This document shows, in pieces, positions 30,417 to 38,927 of a stretch of 64,000 bases of DNA. Within the stretch, counting starts at the first letter, position 1. The number at the start of each line of letters is the position of its first letter. Source of the DNA: an uncultured bacterium. Lineage in GTDB: Bacteria > Krumholzibacteriota > Krumholzibacteriia > Krumholzibacteriales > Krumholzibacteriaceae. The stretch is from NCBI GenBank assembly GCA_963786935.1, contig CAWBAN010000001.1:576001-640000 (forward strand). Direction: 5' to 3'. Made by a program: the position numbers and the translations under genes. Under the pieces are notes generated by a model. The model had not been told where the DNA came from. It saw nothing but the letters and a program-made list of their open reading frames with translations, and made no database searches.

Positions 30417-32061
30417 CGCGGCGATCGTCTTCATCTTGAGCGGCCGTGCGGAAGCGGGCGCGATCAGATCGGTGCGCTTTGCGGGGGCCGACGCGATATC
30501 CGCCTCGGCGCTCGCGAAGGGGAGCGTTCTGCGCGCGGGCGCCGCGTACACCGATTCGCTCGGGTCGAACGAGGCGGCGCGGATCGATTCTCTCTATTTC
30601 TCGGCCGGCTTCGTCGGCGCGCGGGTGAGCGTCGACACATCCGCCGCGGGAGACGGCGTCGACGTTCTCGTCGCGATACGGGAAGGGGAGCCGGCCCGGG
30701 TGGGCACGGTGTCGGTGAGCGGGGCCGAGCTCATCGGAGCGGCCGACGCGGCGAATCGAGTGCGCCCGGCGACGGGCGAGCGCTTCGATCCGTTCGCGCT
30801 CGAGGAATCGCTCCGGGGACTGCTCCTGTTCTACAACGAATCGGGATATGCGTACGCCCAGGTGTGGCTCACCGGCTTCCAATACCTGCCGGCGTCGAAC
30901 ACGGTCGAGCTCGCGGTCTCGGTATCCGAAGGGGTGCGTTCCCGCGTCGCGCGCGTCGTCTTCGAGGGGATCGCGAAAACGGATTCAACAGTCGCCCTTC
31001 GAATCTCCCGTCTCAAGCCGGGATCGATGTACAACGAGAAGCGCGTCGCGAACGCGGCGGGCTATCTCCGCGGATCGGGCTATTTCGAAACGGTCGGCGA
31101 CGCGCGGCTCGAGCGGCCGTCGGGCGGGGCGGTCGACGTCGTCATCCCGGTCCGGGACATCGAGCGGGGCAATCTCTTCCAGGGAGCGCTCGGGTTCTCG
31201 CGGAAGGAGGGAGGGGAATACGTTCTGAACGGCGCCATCGCGCTCGACCTCAGGAACATCGCGGGGACGGGGCGCCGGGCGCACTTCGACTGGCTGAACA
31301 ACGGCGAGCGCTATTCGAAGTTCCTGCTGAAGTACCGGGAGCCGTTCCTGTTTTCGAGCATGGTGAGCCTCGACGCGGAGCTCTCCCAGGTCATCCAGGA
31401 TACGGTGTATATGTGGAATGCCGGCGGCCTCTACGCGGGCATCCCGATCGGATCGGCCGTCTCCCTCGTCGCCGGCGCCGCGGCCGACCGGAACGTGCCG
31501 AGCACGGGGGATCTCCTGCGGAGCGTGCGCCAGCGCTATCGCGTCGGCGTCGAGAGCGCTGGCGCGGCGAATCTCGCGTTCGCCGCGTTCGTCGAGGGGG
31601 CCTCCCGGAAGCGCTATTACGCGGGGAACCGGTCCGAGCACGACGCGGAGCTCCTCTATCGCGTCGAGGGAAGCGCCGAGCGGGGCACGTGGCGAAATCA
31701 GAGCGTCTACGCGCGCATCGTCGCGGAGGGGGTGCACGCGACGGGGGACATCCCGCTCGCCGAGCTCTATCCGCTCGGCGGCGCCGCCTCGCTCAGGGGA
31801 TACCGCGAGAGCCAGTTCCGCGGCGAGAGCGTCGCGTTCGTGAATCTCGAATACCGCTTCGGCGAGGGGGGCTGGCTGTTCCTCTTCGACGACGTCGGGG
31901 CGTACTACCGGCGCGAAGACGGCTGGACCCCGAAGAACGGCGCCGGATTCGGCCTGCGATCGGAGTCGCCGGTCGGCATCGTGGCCCTGAGCTTCGGCGT
32001 CGGCGAGGAGCTCTCCCTCGAGGGCACGCGCATCCACATATCGCTCATCGAGAAATTCTGA
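30382..32061 (+). CDS. Omp85-family (BamA/TamA-like) protein with POTRA domains
   Basis: POTRA-like segments (LYFSAGF, YNESGY, GSGYF), NIAGTGR, LKYREPFLF, LGGAASLRGY loop motif, terminal Phe. Confidence 0.85.
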   Translation: MTSRLRAALLSSAAIVFILSGRAEAGAIRSVRFAGADAISASALAKGSVLRAGAAYTDSLGSNEAARIDSLYFSAGFVGARVSVDTSAAGDGVDVLVAIREGEPARVGTVSVSGAELIGAADAANRVRPATGERFDPFALEESLRGLLLFYNESGYAYAQVWLTGFQYLPASNTVELAVSVSEGVRSRVARVVFEGIAKTDSTVALRISRLKPGSMYNEKRVANAAGYLRGSGYFETVGDARLERPSGGAVDVVIPVRDIERGNLFQGALGFSRKEGGEYVLNGAIALDLRNIAGTGRRAHFDWLNNGERYSKFLLKYREPFLFSSMVSLDAELSQVIQDTVYMWNAGGLYAGIPIGSAVSLVAGAAADRNVPSTGDLLRSVRQRYRVGVESAGAANLAFAAFVEGASRKRYYAGNRSEHDAELLYRVEGSAERGTWRNQSVYARIVAEGVHATGDIPLAELYPLGGAASLRGYRESQFRGESVAFVNLEYRFGEGGWLFLFDDVGAYYRREDGWTPKNGAGFGLRSESPVGIVALSFGVGEELSLEGTRIHISLIEKF

Positions 32062-32069
32062 GCCCGCGA

Positions 32070-32098
32070 TTGACGGGCCCTCCCGGCGAATGTATAAT
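32070..32098 (+). promoter_or_regulatory. Sigma70 promoter
   Basis: TTGACG-17 bp-TATAAT. Confidence 0.8.
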
Positions 32099-32130
32099 AC
32101 ATCGATTGCACACCGGGAAAGGGGAGCGAT

Positions 32131-33423
32131 GTGACCGAATTTCAACGCGCTTTGAAGGGTGAGACAACGGCCGCGCTCCGGACGGTCGCCGAGAGCGAGC
32201 GTATCGAGCCCGAGGCGCTCCGGCGCCTCGTGGCCGAAGGAAGGGCCGTCATCACGGGCACGGCCCGGAAGCACTGCCGCCCGATCGGCATCGGCGAGGG
32301 GCTCCGGACGAAGGTCAACGCGAACATCGGGACGAGCCCCGCGCACGACGATCCCGGCGTCGAGCTCGAGAAGCTCCGTGTCATCATCGAGGCGGGGGCC
32401 GATGCCGTCATGGATCTCTCGACTGGGGGGGATCTCGACTCGATTCGCCGGACGATCTGCGAGAAATCGACGATCCCGCTCGGGACCGTTCCCATCTATC
32501 AGGCCATCGTCGAGGCGACGCGGGCGGGGAAAGAGATCCCGGACACGGAAACGGAGCGCTTCTTCGAGGTCGTCGAACGGCACGCGCGGGACGGCGTCGA
32601 TTTCATGACGATACACTGCGGCCTCGTCAAACGGCTCGCCGAGGCGGTCGCCTCGACGCGGGTCGCCGGCGTCGTGAGCCGCGGCGGGTGTTTTCTCCTC
32701 CAGTGGATGATTTCGAACAACAAGGAAAATCCGTACTACGAGCATTACGACCGGCTCCTCGATATCGCCGCGAAGTACGACTTCGCGCTCAGTCTCGGCG
32801 ACGGGCTCAGGCCCGGCGCCATCGCGGACGCGACCGACGCCGCGCAGATGGGCGAGCTGCTCGTGATCGGCGAGCTCGTCGATCGGGCGCGCGCGCGCGG
32901 CGTGAGCGTGTTCGTCGAGGGACCGGGGCATGTGCCGCTCCAGGACATTCCGTCGCAGATGATCATGCAGAAGCGGATCTGCAAGGGCGCGCCGTTCTAC
33001 GTCCTCGGGCCGCTCGTCACGGACGTCGCTCCCGGCTACGATCATATCACGAGCGCGATCGGGGGCGCGGTCGCCGCGCAGCACGGCGCCGATTTCCTCT
33101 GCTACGTCACGCCGGCCGAGCACCTGCGGCTCCCCTCGATCGAGGACGCCCGCGCGGGAGTCATCGCCGCCCGGATCGCCGCGCACGCCGGCGACATCGC
33201 GAAGGGGCTGCCCGGCGCCGCCGACTGGGATCTCGCGGTCTCGCGCGCCCGCGCGGAGCTCGACTGGGACGGCGCGCTTTCGAAGAGCATCGATCCCGCG
33301 ACCGCGCGCGGCATGTTCGATCCCATCTCGGGAGATTCGCAGAAGCTCTGCTCGATGTGCGGAATCTACTGCGCGATCCGGGGCACGCAGCGGAGCAGGG
33401 ACGGCCGGAAGCGGCAGGAGTAG
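32131..33423 (+). CDS. thiC: Phosphomethylpyrimidine synthase (ThiC family, short form)
   Basis: TKVNANIGTS, MDLSTGG, GTVPIYQ, SLGDGLRPG, EGPGH, PGYDHI, YVTPAEHL, CSMCGIYC. Confidence 0.88.
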   Translation: MTEFQRALKGETTAALRTVAESERIEPEALRRLVAEGRAVITGTARKHCRPIGIGEGLRTKVNANIGTSPAHDDPGVELEKLRVIIEAGADAVMDLSTGGDLDSIRRTICEKSTIPLGTVPIYQAIVEATRAGKEIPDTETERFFEVVERHARDGVDFMTIHCGLVKRLAEAVASTRVAGVVSRGGCFLLQWMISNNKENPYYEHYDRLLDIAAKYDFALSLGDGLRPGAIADATDAAQMGELLVIGELVDRARARGVSVFVEGPGHVPLQDIPSQMIMQKRICKGAPFYVLGPLVTDVAPGYDHITSAIGGAVAAQHGADFLCYVTPAEHLRLPSIEDARAGVIAARIAAHAGDIAKGLPGAADWDLAVSRARAELDWDGALSKSIDPATARGMFDPISGDSQKLCSMCGIYCAIRGTQRSRDGRKRQE

Positions 33424-33427
33424 CGGG

Positions 33428-35782
33428 ATGTCCGGCTCTCCTCGCACGCGAGCGGCGCATCGCCGCGGCCGGGAGCGACGCTCGCCGGCGCTCGAGGCGC
33501 TCGGCGCCCTCCTCGAAGCTCACGGATTCAGCCTGATCATGCAGGGATCTTCGGCCGGCGACGAGCACGCCGCTTCCCGCATCGCGCTCGGCGCCGTCCC
33601 GCCGGCGTACCTCGTCGCGCTCGCGGAGGCGTCCGGCAGCGAAGCGCTCCCCCTGATCCGGCGCGCCGCCGCGATCGCCGAGGAGCGGCTCGCCTCCTCG
33701 GGAAGCGGCGCCGGAGCCGCGGCGGCGGGGGCCCCGCGGTGCGGCGCCGGCCCGATCGGTCTCGACGACGCGTTCTCGCTCGTGTTCGCTTCGCTCGGAG
33801 AGGAGCGCGCGGGGCAGCTCGAGATGGGGCGCGCCGTGGGAAAGGTCCTCGCCGAGGGAGGAGTGGCGCTCCTCGAAGCCGGCACGGGCACGGGAAAATC
33901 GCTCGGCTACCTCATCCCCGCCGTCCTCCATTCCCTCGAAACGGGGGAGCGGGTCGTCGTGTCGACCCATACGAGGAATCTGCAGGATCAGCTGTTCCGC
34001 AAGGAGACGGCCGTCCTCGAAGCGGCGCTCGGCGTCGACGCGAACGCGGCGAGGCTCCTGGGCCGCGAAAACTATCTCTGCACGAAGCGCGTGATCTCCC
34101 GCGCCGCCGCGCTCGACGCGCAGTCGCGCGGCGCCGCGCTGGCCTTCGCCCTGTTCGTCTCCCTCGCCGAAGGAGGGACGCTCGAGTCGCTCGGAGCGCT
34201 CGCGGGAAGCGCGGAGGCGAGGGCGCTCGCGGCGCCCGCCCGCTGCCCGATGAACGCGTGCACCTTCGCGGTGCGATGCCCGCTCGTCAGGGCGCGCGCG
34301 CTCGCGCGCGAGGCGAGGATCCTCTTCGTGAACCACGCGCTCCTGCTCACCGATTACCGGCAGGGGGGCTCCGTGCTCGGTCCGTACGCGCGGGTCGTTT
34401 TCGACGAGGCGCACCATCTGGAGAAGTGCGTCATCGAGAATCTGTCGGTGAAAGCGTCCCGCGACGACGTCCGGCGCATTCTCGAGCCGCTCGCGCCGGG
34501 GGAGGCGGGAGGGGACGCATGGAAGCTCCTCTCGCACGAGCTCGAATCATCGCTCGCCCCGGGGAGCTGGAGATCGCTCCGGAGGGACCTCGGAAGGGCC
34601 GCGCGCGATCTCGATCGGTCGTACGCGGAACTCTTCGCCGGAGTCCCGAGCTTTCGAGGCCGCGAGAGGCCCGCGCAATCGACGAGAACTCGCTATCTCG
34701 ACGGGAGCGAGACCTTTGCGGACGCACGCGAGCTTCTTGCATCTATTTATTATAATATCAATAAGATAATTGAATTACTTAAACCAATAAATGATGTCGC
34801 TTTGTCCCGTGATCTCGAGCCGGTGCAGCAGGAGATGAGCCTCGCGAGCGATGAGCTCGCCACGCTCGCGGAAAGCCTGCGCTTCCTGTCGAGCGGGGGC
34901 GGGGAGGACTCCGTCTTCTGGCTCGACTGGGGCGCCGACGGCTCGCTCAGGGAGATATGCGGATCACCGCTCGCCGTGGACCGCCCGTTCGCCGATTATC
35001 TCGACGAGGTGCTGGGTTCGGCAGTGTTCACCTCGGCGACGCTGTCGCAGAACGGCAGCTTCGCGCTGCTGCGGGAGCGGCTCGGCCTGCGGTTCCTCCC
35101 GGCGAGGCCGCTCGAGCTCGTCATCCCGTCGCCGTTTCCGTTCGACGAGAACTGTCTCGTCCTCGTCGTCGCGGGGCTCGGCGATCCGAATGACGACGGC
35201 TTCGCGGCGCCCGTGTCGGATCTCGTTTCCGGGCTCGCCGCCGCGATCGGGCGCCGGACGATGGTGCTCTTCACCTCGTACCGCCTCTGCCGCTCCGTCG
35301 CGGAGAAGCTCGCGAAAAACGGGATCGATCGCCCCGTCCTCGTGCAGGGAGCGGGAGAGAGCAGACAGGCGCTCTCGGGGAAAATGCGGCGGCACGAAGG
35401 GAGTGTTCTCCTCGGCGTGGCGAGCTTCTGGGAGGGGGTCGATTTTCCCGGGGAGGAGCTCGAGGTGCTCGTCATACCGAAGATCCCGTTTCCGGTTCCG
35501 GCGGAGCCGATCGTCGAAGCCCGGTCGCAGCGGCTCTCCTCCCTCGGCGAGGATCCGTTCGAGAAGCTCTTTCTGCCCGAGGCGATCCTGCGCATGCGGC
35601 AGGGAGCGGGCCGCCTCATCAGGCGCATGGACGACCGCGGCGTCATCGTGATTCTCGACTCGCGCCTCGGGTTCAGGCCGTACGCGGAGACGATTCTCGC
35701 TTCGCTCCCCTCGAAGAACATCGAGCACGTCGCTCCCGACGATGTCGTCGAACGCGCGGCGCGCTGGTTCGCCGGGGCCTGA
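33428..35782 (+). CDS. DinG/YoaA-family ATP-dependent helicase
   Basis: EAGTGTGKS, GRENYLC, VNHALL, DEAHHL, TSATL, SFWEGVDFPG, QGAGRLIR; start uncertain. Confidence 0.9.
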   Translation: MSGSPRTRAAHRRGRERRSPALEALGALLEAHGFSLIMQGSSAGDEHAASRIALGAVPPAYLVALAEASGSEALPLIRRAAAIAEERLASSGSGAGAAAAGAPRCGAGPIGLDDAFSLVFASLGEERAGQLEMGRAVGKVLAEGGVALLEAGTGTGKSLGYLIPAVLHSLETGERVVVSTHTRNLQDQLFRKETAVLEAALGVDANAARLLGRENYLCTKRVISRAAALDAQSRGAALAFALFVSLAEGGTLESLGALAGSAEARALAAPARCPMNACTFAVRCPLVRARALAREARILFVNHALLLTDYRQGGSVLGPYARVVFDEAHHLEKCVIENLSVKASRDDVRRILEPLAPGEAGGDAWKLLSHELESSLAPGSWRSLRRDLGRAARDLDRSYAELFAGVPSFRGRERPAQSTRTRYLDGSETFADARELLASIYYNINKIIELLKPINDVALSRDLEPVQQEMSLASDELATLAESLRFLSSGGGEDSVFWLDWGADGSLREICGSPLAVDRPFADYLDEVLGSAVFTSATLSQNGSFALLRERLGLRFLPARPLELVIPSPFPFDENCLVLVVAGLGDPNDDGFAAPVSDLVSGLAAAIGRRTMVLFTSYRLCRSVAEKLAKNGIDRPVLVQGAGESRQALSGKMRRHEGSVLLGVASFWEGVDFPGEELEVLVIPKIPFPVPAEPIVEARSQRLSSLGEDPFEKLFLPEAILRMRQGAGRLIRRMDDRGVIVILDSRLGFRPYAETILASLPSKNIEHVAPDDVVERAARWFAGA

Positions 35783-35797
35783 AAGGGCGCTTTGGAG

Positions 35798-35826
35798 TTG
35801 CCCGGACGGCGCGAAAGCCGTATCGT
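35798..35826 (+). promoter_or_regulatory. Putative sigma70 promoter for hutU
   Basis: TTGCCC-17 bp-TATCGT, followed by GGAGGTGA RBS. Confidence 0.5.
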
Positions 35827-35863
35827 CAAACTATCATCCATGGATTCCGGAGGTGAAGCTGCT

Positions 35864-37519
35864 ATGGAAAAGCGCACGATCAGGGCGCCGCGGGGGACGG
35901 CGATCAGCTGCAAGAGCTGGTTCACGGAGGCGCCACTCCGCATGCTCATGAACAATCTCGATCCCGAAGTCGGGGAGCGCCCCGAGGATCTCGTCGTCTA
36001 CGGAGGACGCGGCAAGGCCGCCCGGAACTGGGAGTGCTACGACGCGATCGTGACGACGCTCCGCGGCCTCGAGTCGGACGAGACGCTCCTCGTCCAGTCG
36101 GGCAAGCCGGTGGCCGTTTTCAAGACCCACGAGGACGCCCCCCGCGTGCTCATCGCCAATTCGCTTCTCGTTCCCCGGTGGGCGACATGGGAGACATTCT
36201 GGGAGCTCGAGGCGAAAGGGCTCACGATGTACGGGCAGATGACGGCCGGCTCGTGGATGTACATCGGCACGCAGGGCATTCTCCAGGGAACGTTCGAGAC
36301 CTTCGCCGAGTGCGCGCGCCAGCGCTTCGGGGGAACCCTGGCCGGCAGGCTCGTGCTCACCGCCGGGCTCGGCGGCATGGGCGGGGCGCAGCCGCTTTCC
36401 GTCACGATGAACGGCGGGGTCTGTCTCGCCGTCGAGGTGGACGCGTCCCGGATCAAGCGGAGAATCGAGACGCGTTACTGCGACGAGATGGAGTCCGACC
36501 TCGACCGGGCGCTCGAGAAGGCGCGGCGGGCGATGAAGGAGAAGCGCCCCTATTCGATCGGGCTCCACGCGAACGCGGCCGACGTCTTCCCCGAGCTCGC
36601 GCGCCGCGGCGTCGTTCCGGACGTCGTGACCGACCAGACCTCCGCGCACGACGCCCTCAACGGGTACATCCCGCGCGGCTACGACGTGAAGCAGGCCGCC
36701 GATCTCCGCCGCTCGAATCCCGACCGGTACATCAAGGAAGCGATCGAATCGATGGTCATGCATGTGCGGGCGATGATCGATCTGCAGGAGCAAGGAGCGG
36801 TCGTCTTCGATTACGGCAACAACATCCGTGGCCAGGCCGAGAAGGGCGGGCTTACGAACGCGTTCGCCTTTCCCGGCTTCGTGCCCGCGTTCATCAGGCC
36901 CATGTTCTGCACGGGAAAAGGGCCGTTCCGGTGGATCGCGCTCTCCGGGGACGTGAAGGACATCCATCGGACCGACGACCTCGTTCTCGAGATGTTTCCC
37001 GAAAACGAATCGCTCTGCCGGTGGATCGCGCTCGCCCGCGAAAAGGTTGCGTTTCAGGGGCTGCCGGCCCGCATCTGCTGGCTCGGCTACGGCGAGCGGG
37101 AGCGTTTCGGGCTCGCCATGAACGAGCTCGTCGCCACGGGGGAGATCTCGGCCCCCATCGTCATCGGTCGGGACCATCTCGATTCCGGTTCGGTCGCCTC
37201 GCCGTTCCGCGAAACCGAGGCGATGCGCGACGGGAGCGACGCGATCGCCGATTGGCCGATCCTGAACGCCCTGCTCAACGCTTCGTGCGGAGCGGCGTGG
37301 GTCTCGGTGCACCACGGGGGAGGGGTCGGGATGGGGCTCTCCATCCACGCGGGGCTCGGCGTCGTGGCCGACGGAACGGCGCGGGGACGCGACAAATTGG
37401 CCCGCTGCCTACGGTGCGACCCTGGCACAGGGATTGCAAGACATGCGGATGCCGGATACGAGATAGCCGTTGAAAAGGCGAAAGATGCAGGGCTTCACAT
37501 ACCAATGCTGAAGAAATGA
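35864..37519 (+). CDS. hutU: Urocanate hydratase
   Basis: [50 protein letters not shown]. Confidence 0.97.
   Translation: MEKRTIRAPRGTAISCKSWFTEAPLRMLMNNLDPEVGERPEDLVVYGGRGKAARNWECYDAIVTTLRGLESDETLLVQSGKPVAVFKTHEDAPRVLIANSLLVPRWATWETFWELEAKGLTMYGQMTAGSWMYIGTQGILQGTFETFAECARQRFGGTLAGRLVLTAGLGGMGGAQPLSVTMNGGVCLAVEVDASRIKRRIETRYCDEMESDLDRALEKARRAMKEKRPYSIGLHANAADVFPELARRGVVPDVVTDQTSAHDALNGYIPRGYDVKQAADLRRSNPDRYIKEAIESMVMHVRAMIDLQEQGAVVFDYGNNIRGQAEKGGLTNAFAFPGFVPAFIRPMFCTGKGPFRWIALSGDVKDIHRTDDLVLEMFPENESLCRWIALAREKVAFQGLPARICWLGYGERERFGLAMNELVATGEISAPIVIGRDHLDSGSVASPFRETEAMRDGSDAIADWPILNALLNASCGAAWVSVHHGGGVGMGLSIHAGLGVVADGTARGRDKLARCLRCDPGTGIARHADAGYEIAVEKAKDAGLHIPMLKK
37422..37438 (+). promoter_or_regulatory. 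Putative sigma54 (-24/-12) promoter inside the hutU 3' end
   Basis: CTGGCACAGGGATTGCA matches YTGGCAC-N5-TTGCW. Confidence 0.55.
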
Positions 37520-37628
37520 AGCCTCATTCGGACGGGCATCCGTAAACGTCTTTTTACGAGTTTGCGACTGTAAGTGTGCATTTTGAGCAGAGCTTGCAGG
37601 CTGGCTCTTTGAATAGAAGGAGTGGCGC

Positions 37629-38927
37629 TTGCCTCAGACCGTGGATCTGCTGCTTTGCGGCGCCGGACAGCTCGTGACCTGCGGCGGCTCCCCAAAGGGA
37701 CCGAAGCGTGGCAGAAATTTGTCCGATCCGGGTATCGTTTCCGACGGGGCGATCGCCGTCTCCGGCGGGAAAATCGCCGGCGTGGGCGCGCGCGCCGAGG
37801 TCGAGAAATGGATCGGTGGCGCTTCCGTCGCCCGGACGATCGACGCCGGCGGGCGCGTCGTGCTCCCCGGCTGGGTCGATCCCCATACGCACGCCGTTTT
37901 CTCGCGCTATCGCGCCGACGAGTACGAGGCGCGCATCCGCGGGGAAGGCTACCTCGAGATCGAGCGCCGCGGGGGCGGGATCAGGAGGACGGTTCGCGAG
38001 GTGAGGGAAATGAGCGAGGAGCGCCTCTTCGAGGTGAGCCGCAGGCGGCTCGCCAAGATGCTCGAGGGAGGGACGACGACCATCGAGATCAAGAGCGGAT
38101 ACGGGCTCGATCTCGCCTCGGAGCTCAAGATGCTCCGCGTTATCGCGCGCCTCGCGCAGGAGACGCCGCTCGATGTCGCGGCGACCTTCATGGGCGCGCA
38201 CCAGCGGGCTCCCGAGTTCGACGACACCGCCGCCTACGTGCGGGTCGTGATCGACGAGATGATTCCCGCCGTCGCGCGGGAACGGCTCGCCGAGTTCGTC
38301 GACGTGTTCTGCGAGAAGGGGGTCTTCGGCATCGAGGAGACGCGTGAAATTCTCGAAGCGGCGCGATCCGCCGGCTTCGCTCTGAAGGTGCACGCGGACG
38401 AGATCACCCCGATGGGGGGCGCGGAGCTCGCCGCGTGCATGGGGGCGATCTCCGCCGAGCACCTCACGAAGATATCCGCCGCCGGCATCCGCGCGCTCGC
38501 CGGGTCGGACACGATCGCCGTGCTGCTGCCGAGCACGACCTTCGCGCTCGGCTCGCGGGATTACGCGCCGGCGAGGGAAATGATCGAGCGCGGTGTTGCC
38601 GTCGCGCTCGCGACCGATTTCAATCCGGGGAGCTCTCCCTCGTGCTCCATGCCGTTCGCCGTCGCCGTCGCCTGTTCCCAGATGCGGATGACGCCGGCCG
38701 AGGCGATCAACGCGGCGACGGTCAACGCGGCCTGCGCCGTCGGGAGGGGAGACCGTGCCGGTTCCCTCGAGAAGGGGAAGAACGCCGATTTCGTCGTGTA
38801 CGACGTCGAGGATTACCGCGAGATACCGTCGCGGGCGGGCGCGGACCACGCGGTCGCCGTCGTCAAGAAGGGCGCCGTCGTCCGGGAACGCCCCGCGTTC
38901 GAGCGCGCAAGCGAGGTCGGATTTTGA
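37629..38927 (+). CDS. hutI: Imidazolonepropionase
   Basis: PGWVDPHTH, EIKSGYGL, DVFCEKG, VHADE, LATDFNPG; AGAAGGAG RBS before TTG. Confidence 0.95.
   Translation: MPQTVDLLLCGAGQLVTCGGSPKGPKRGRNLSDPGIVSDGAIAVSGGKIAGVGARAEVEKWIGGASVARTIDAGGRVVLPGWVDPHTHAVFSRYRADEYEARIRGEGYLEIERRGGGIRRTVREVREMSEERLFEVSRRRLAKMLEGGTTTIEIKSGYGLDLASELKMLRVIARLAQETPLDVAATFMGAHQRAPEFDDTAAYVRVVIDEMIPAVARERLAEFVDVFCEKGVFGIEETREILEAARSAGFALKVHADEITPMGGAELAACMGAISAEHLTKISAAGIRALAGSDTIAVLLPSTTFALGSRDYAPAREMIERGVAVALATDFNPGSSPSCSMPFAVAVACSQMRMTPAEAINAATVNAACAVGRGDRAGSLEKGKNADFVVYDVEDYREIPSRAGADHAVAVVKKGAVVRERPAFERASEVGF

Noticed and set aside
27003..30551. Very long antisense ORFs (also 51364-54990, 58574-61447, 46850-49663 and others)
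   Set aside because: They shadow well-supported + strand genes, have no recognisable motifs, and are expected from GC-rich codon usage.
34741..34800. Replication origin or insertion scar
   Set aside because: No DnaA boxes or flanking repeats were seen, and the helicase frame is intact.
37530..37565. dif/Xer site at CGTAAA-N6-TTTACG
   Set aside because: The spacing between TAA and TTA is 8 rather than 6, and the XerD arm does not match.
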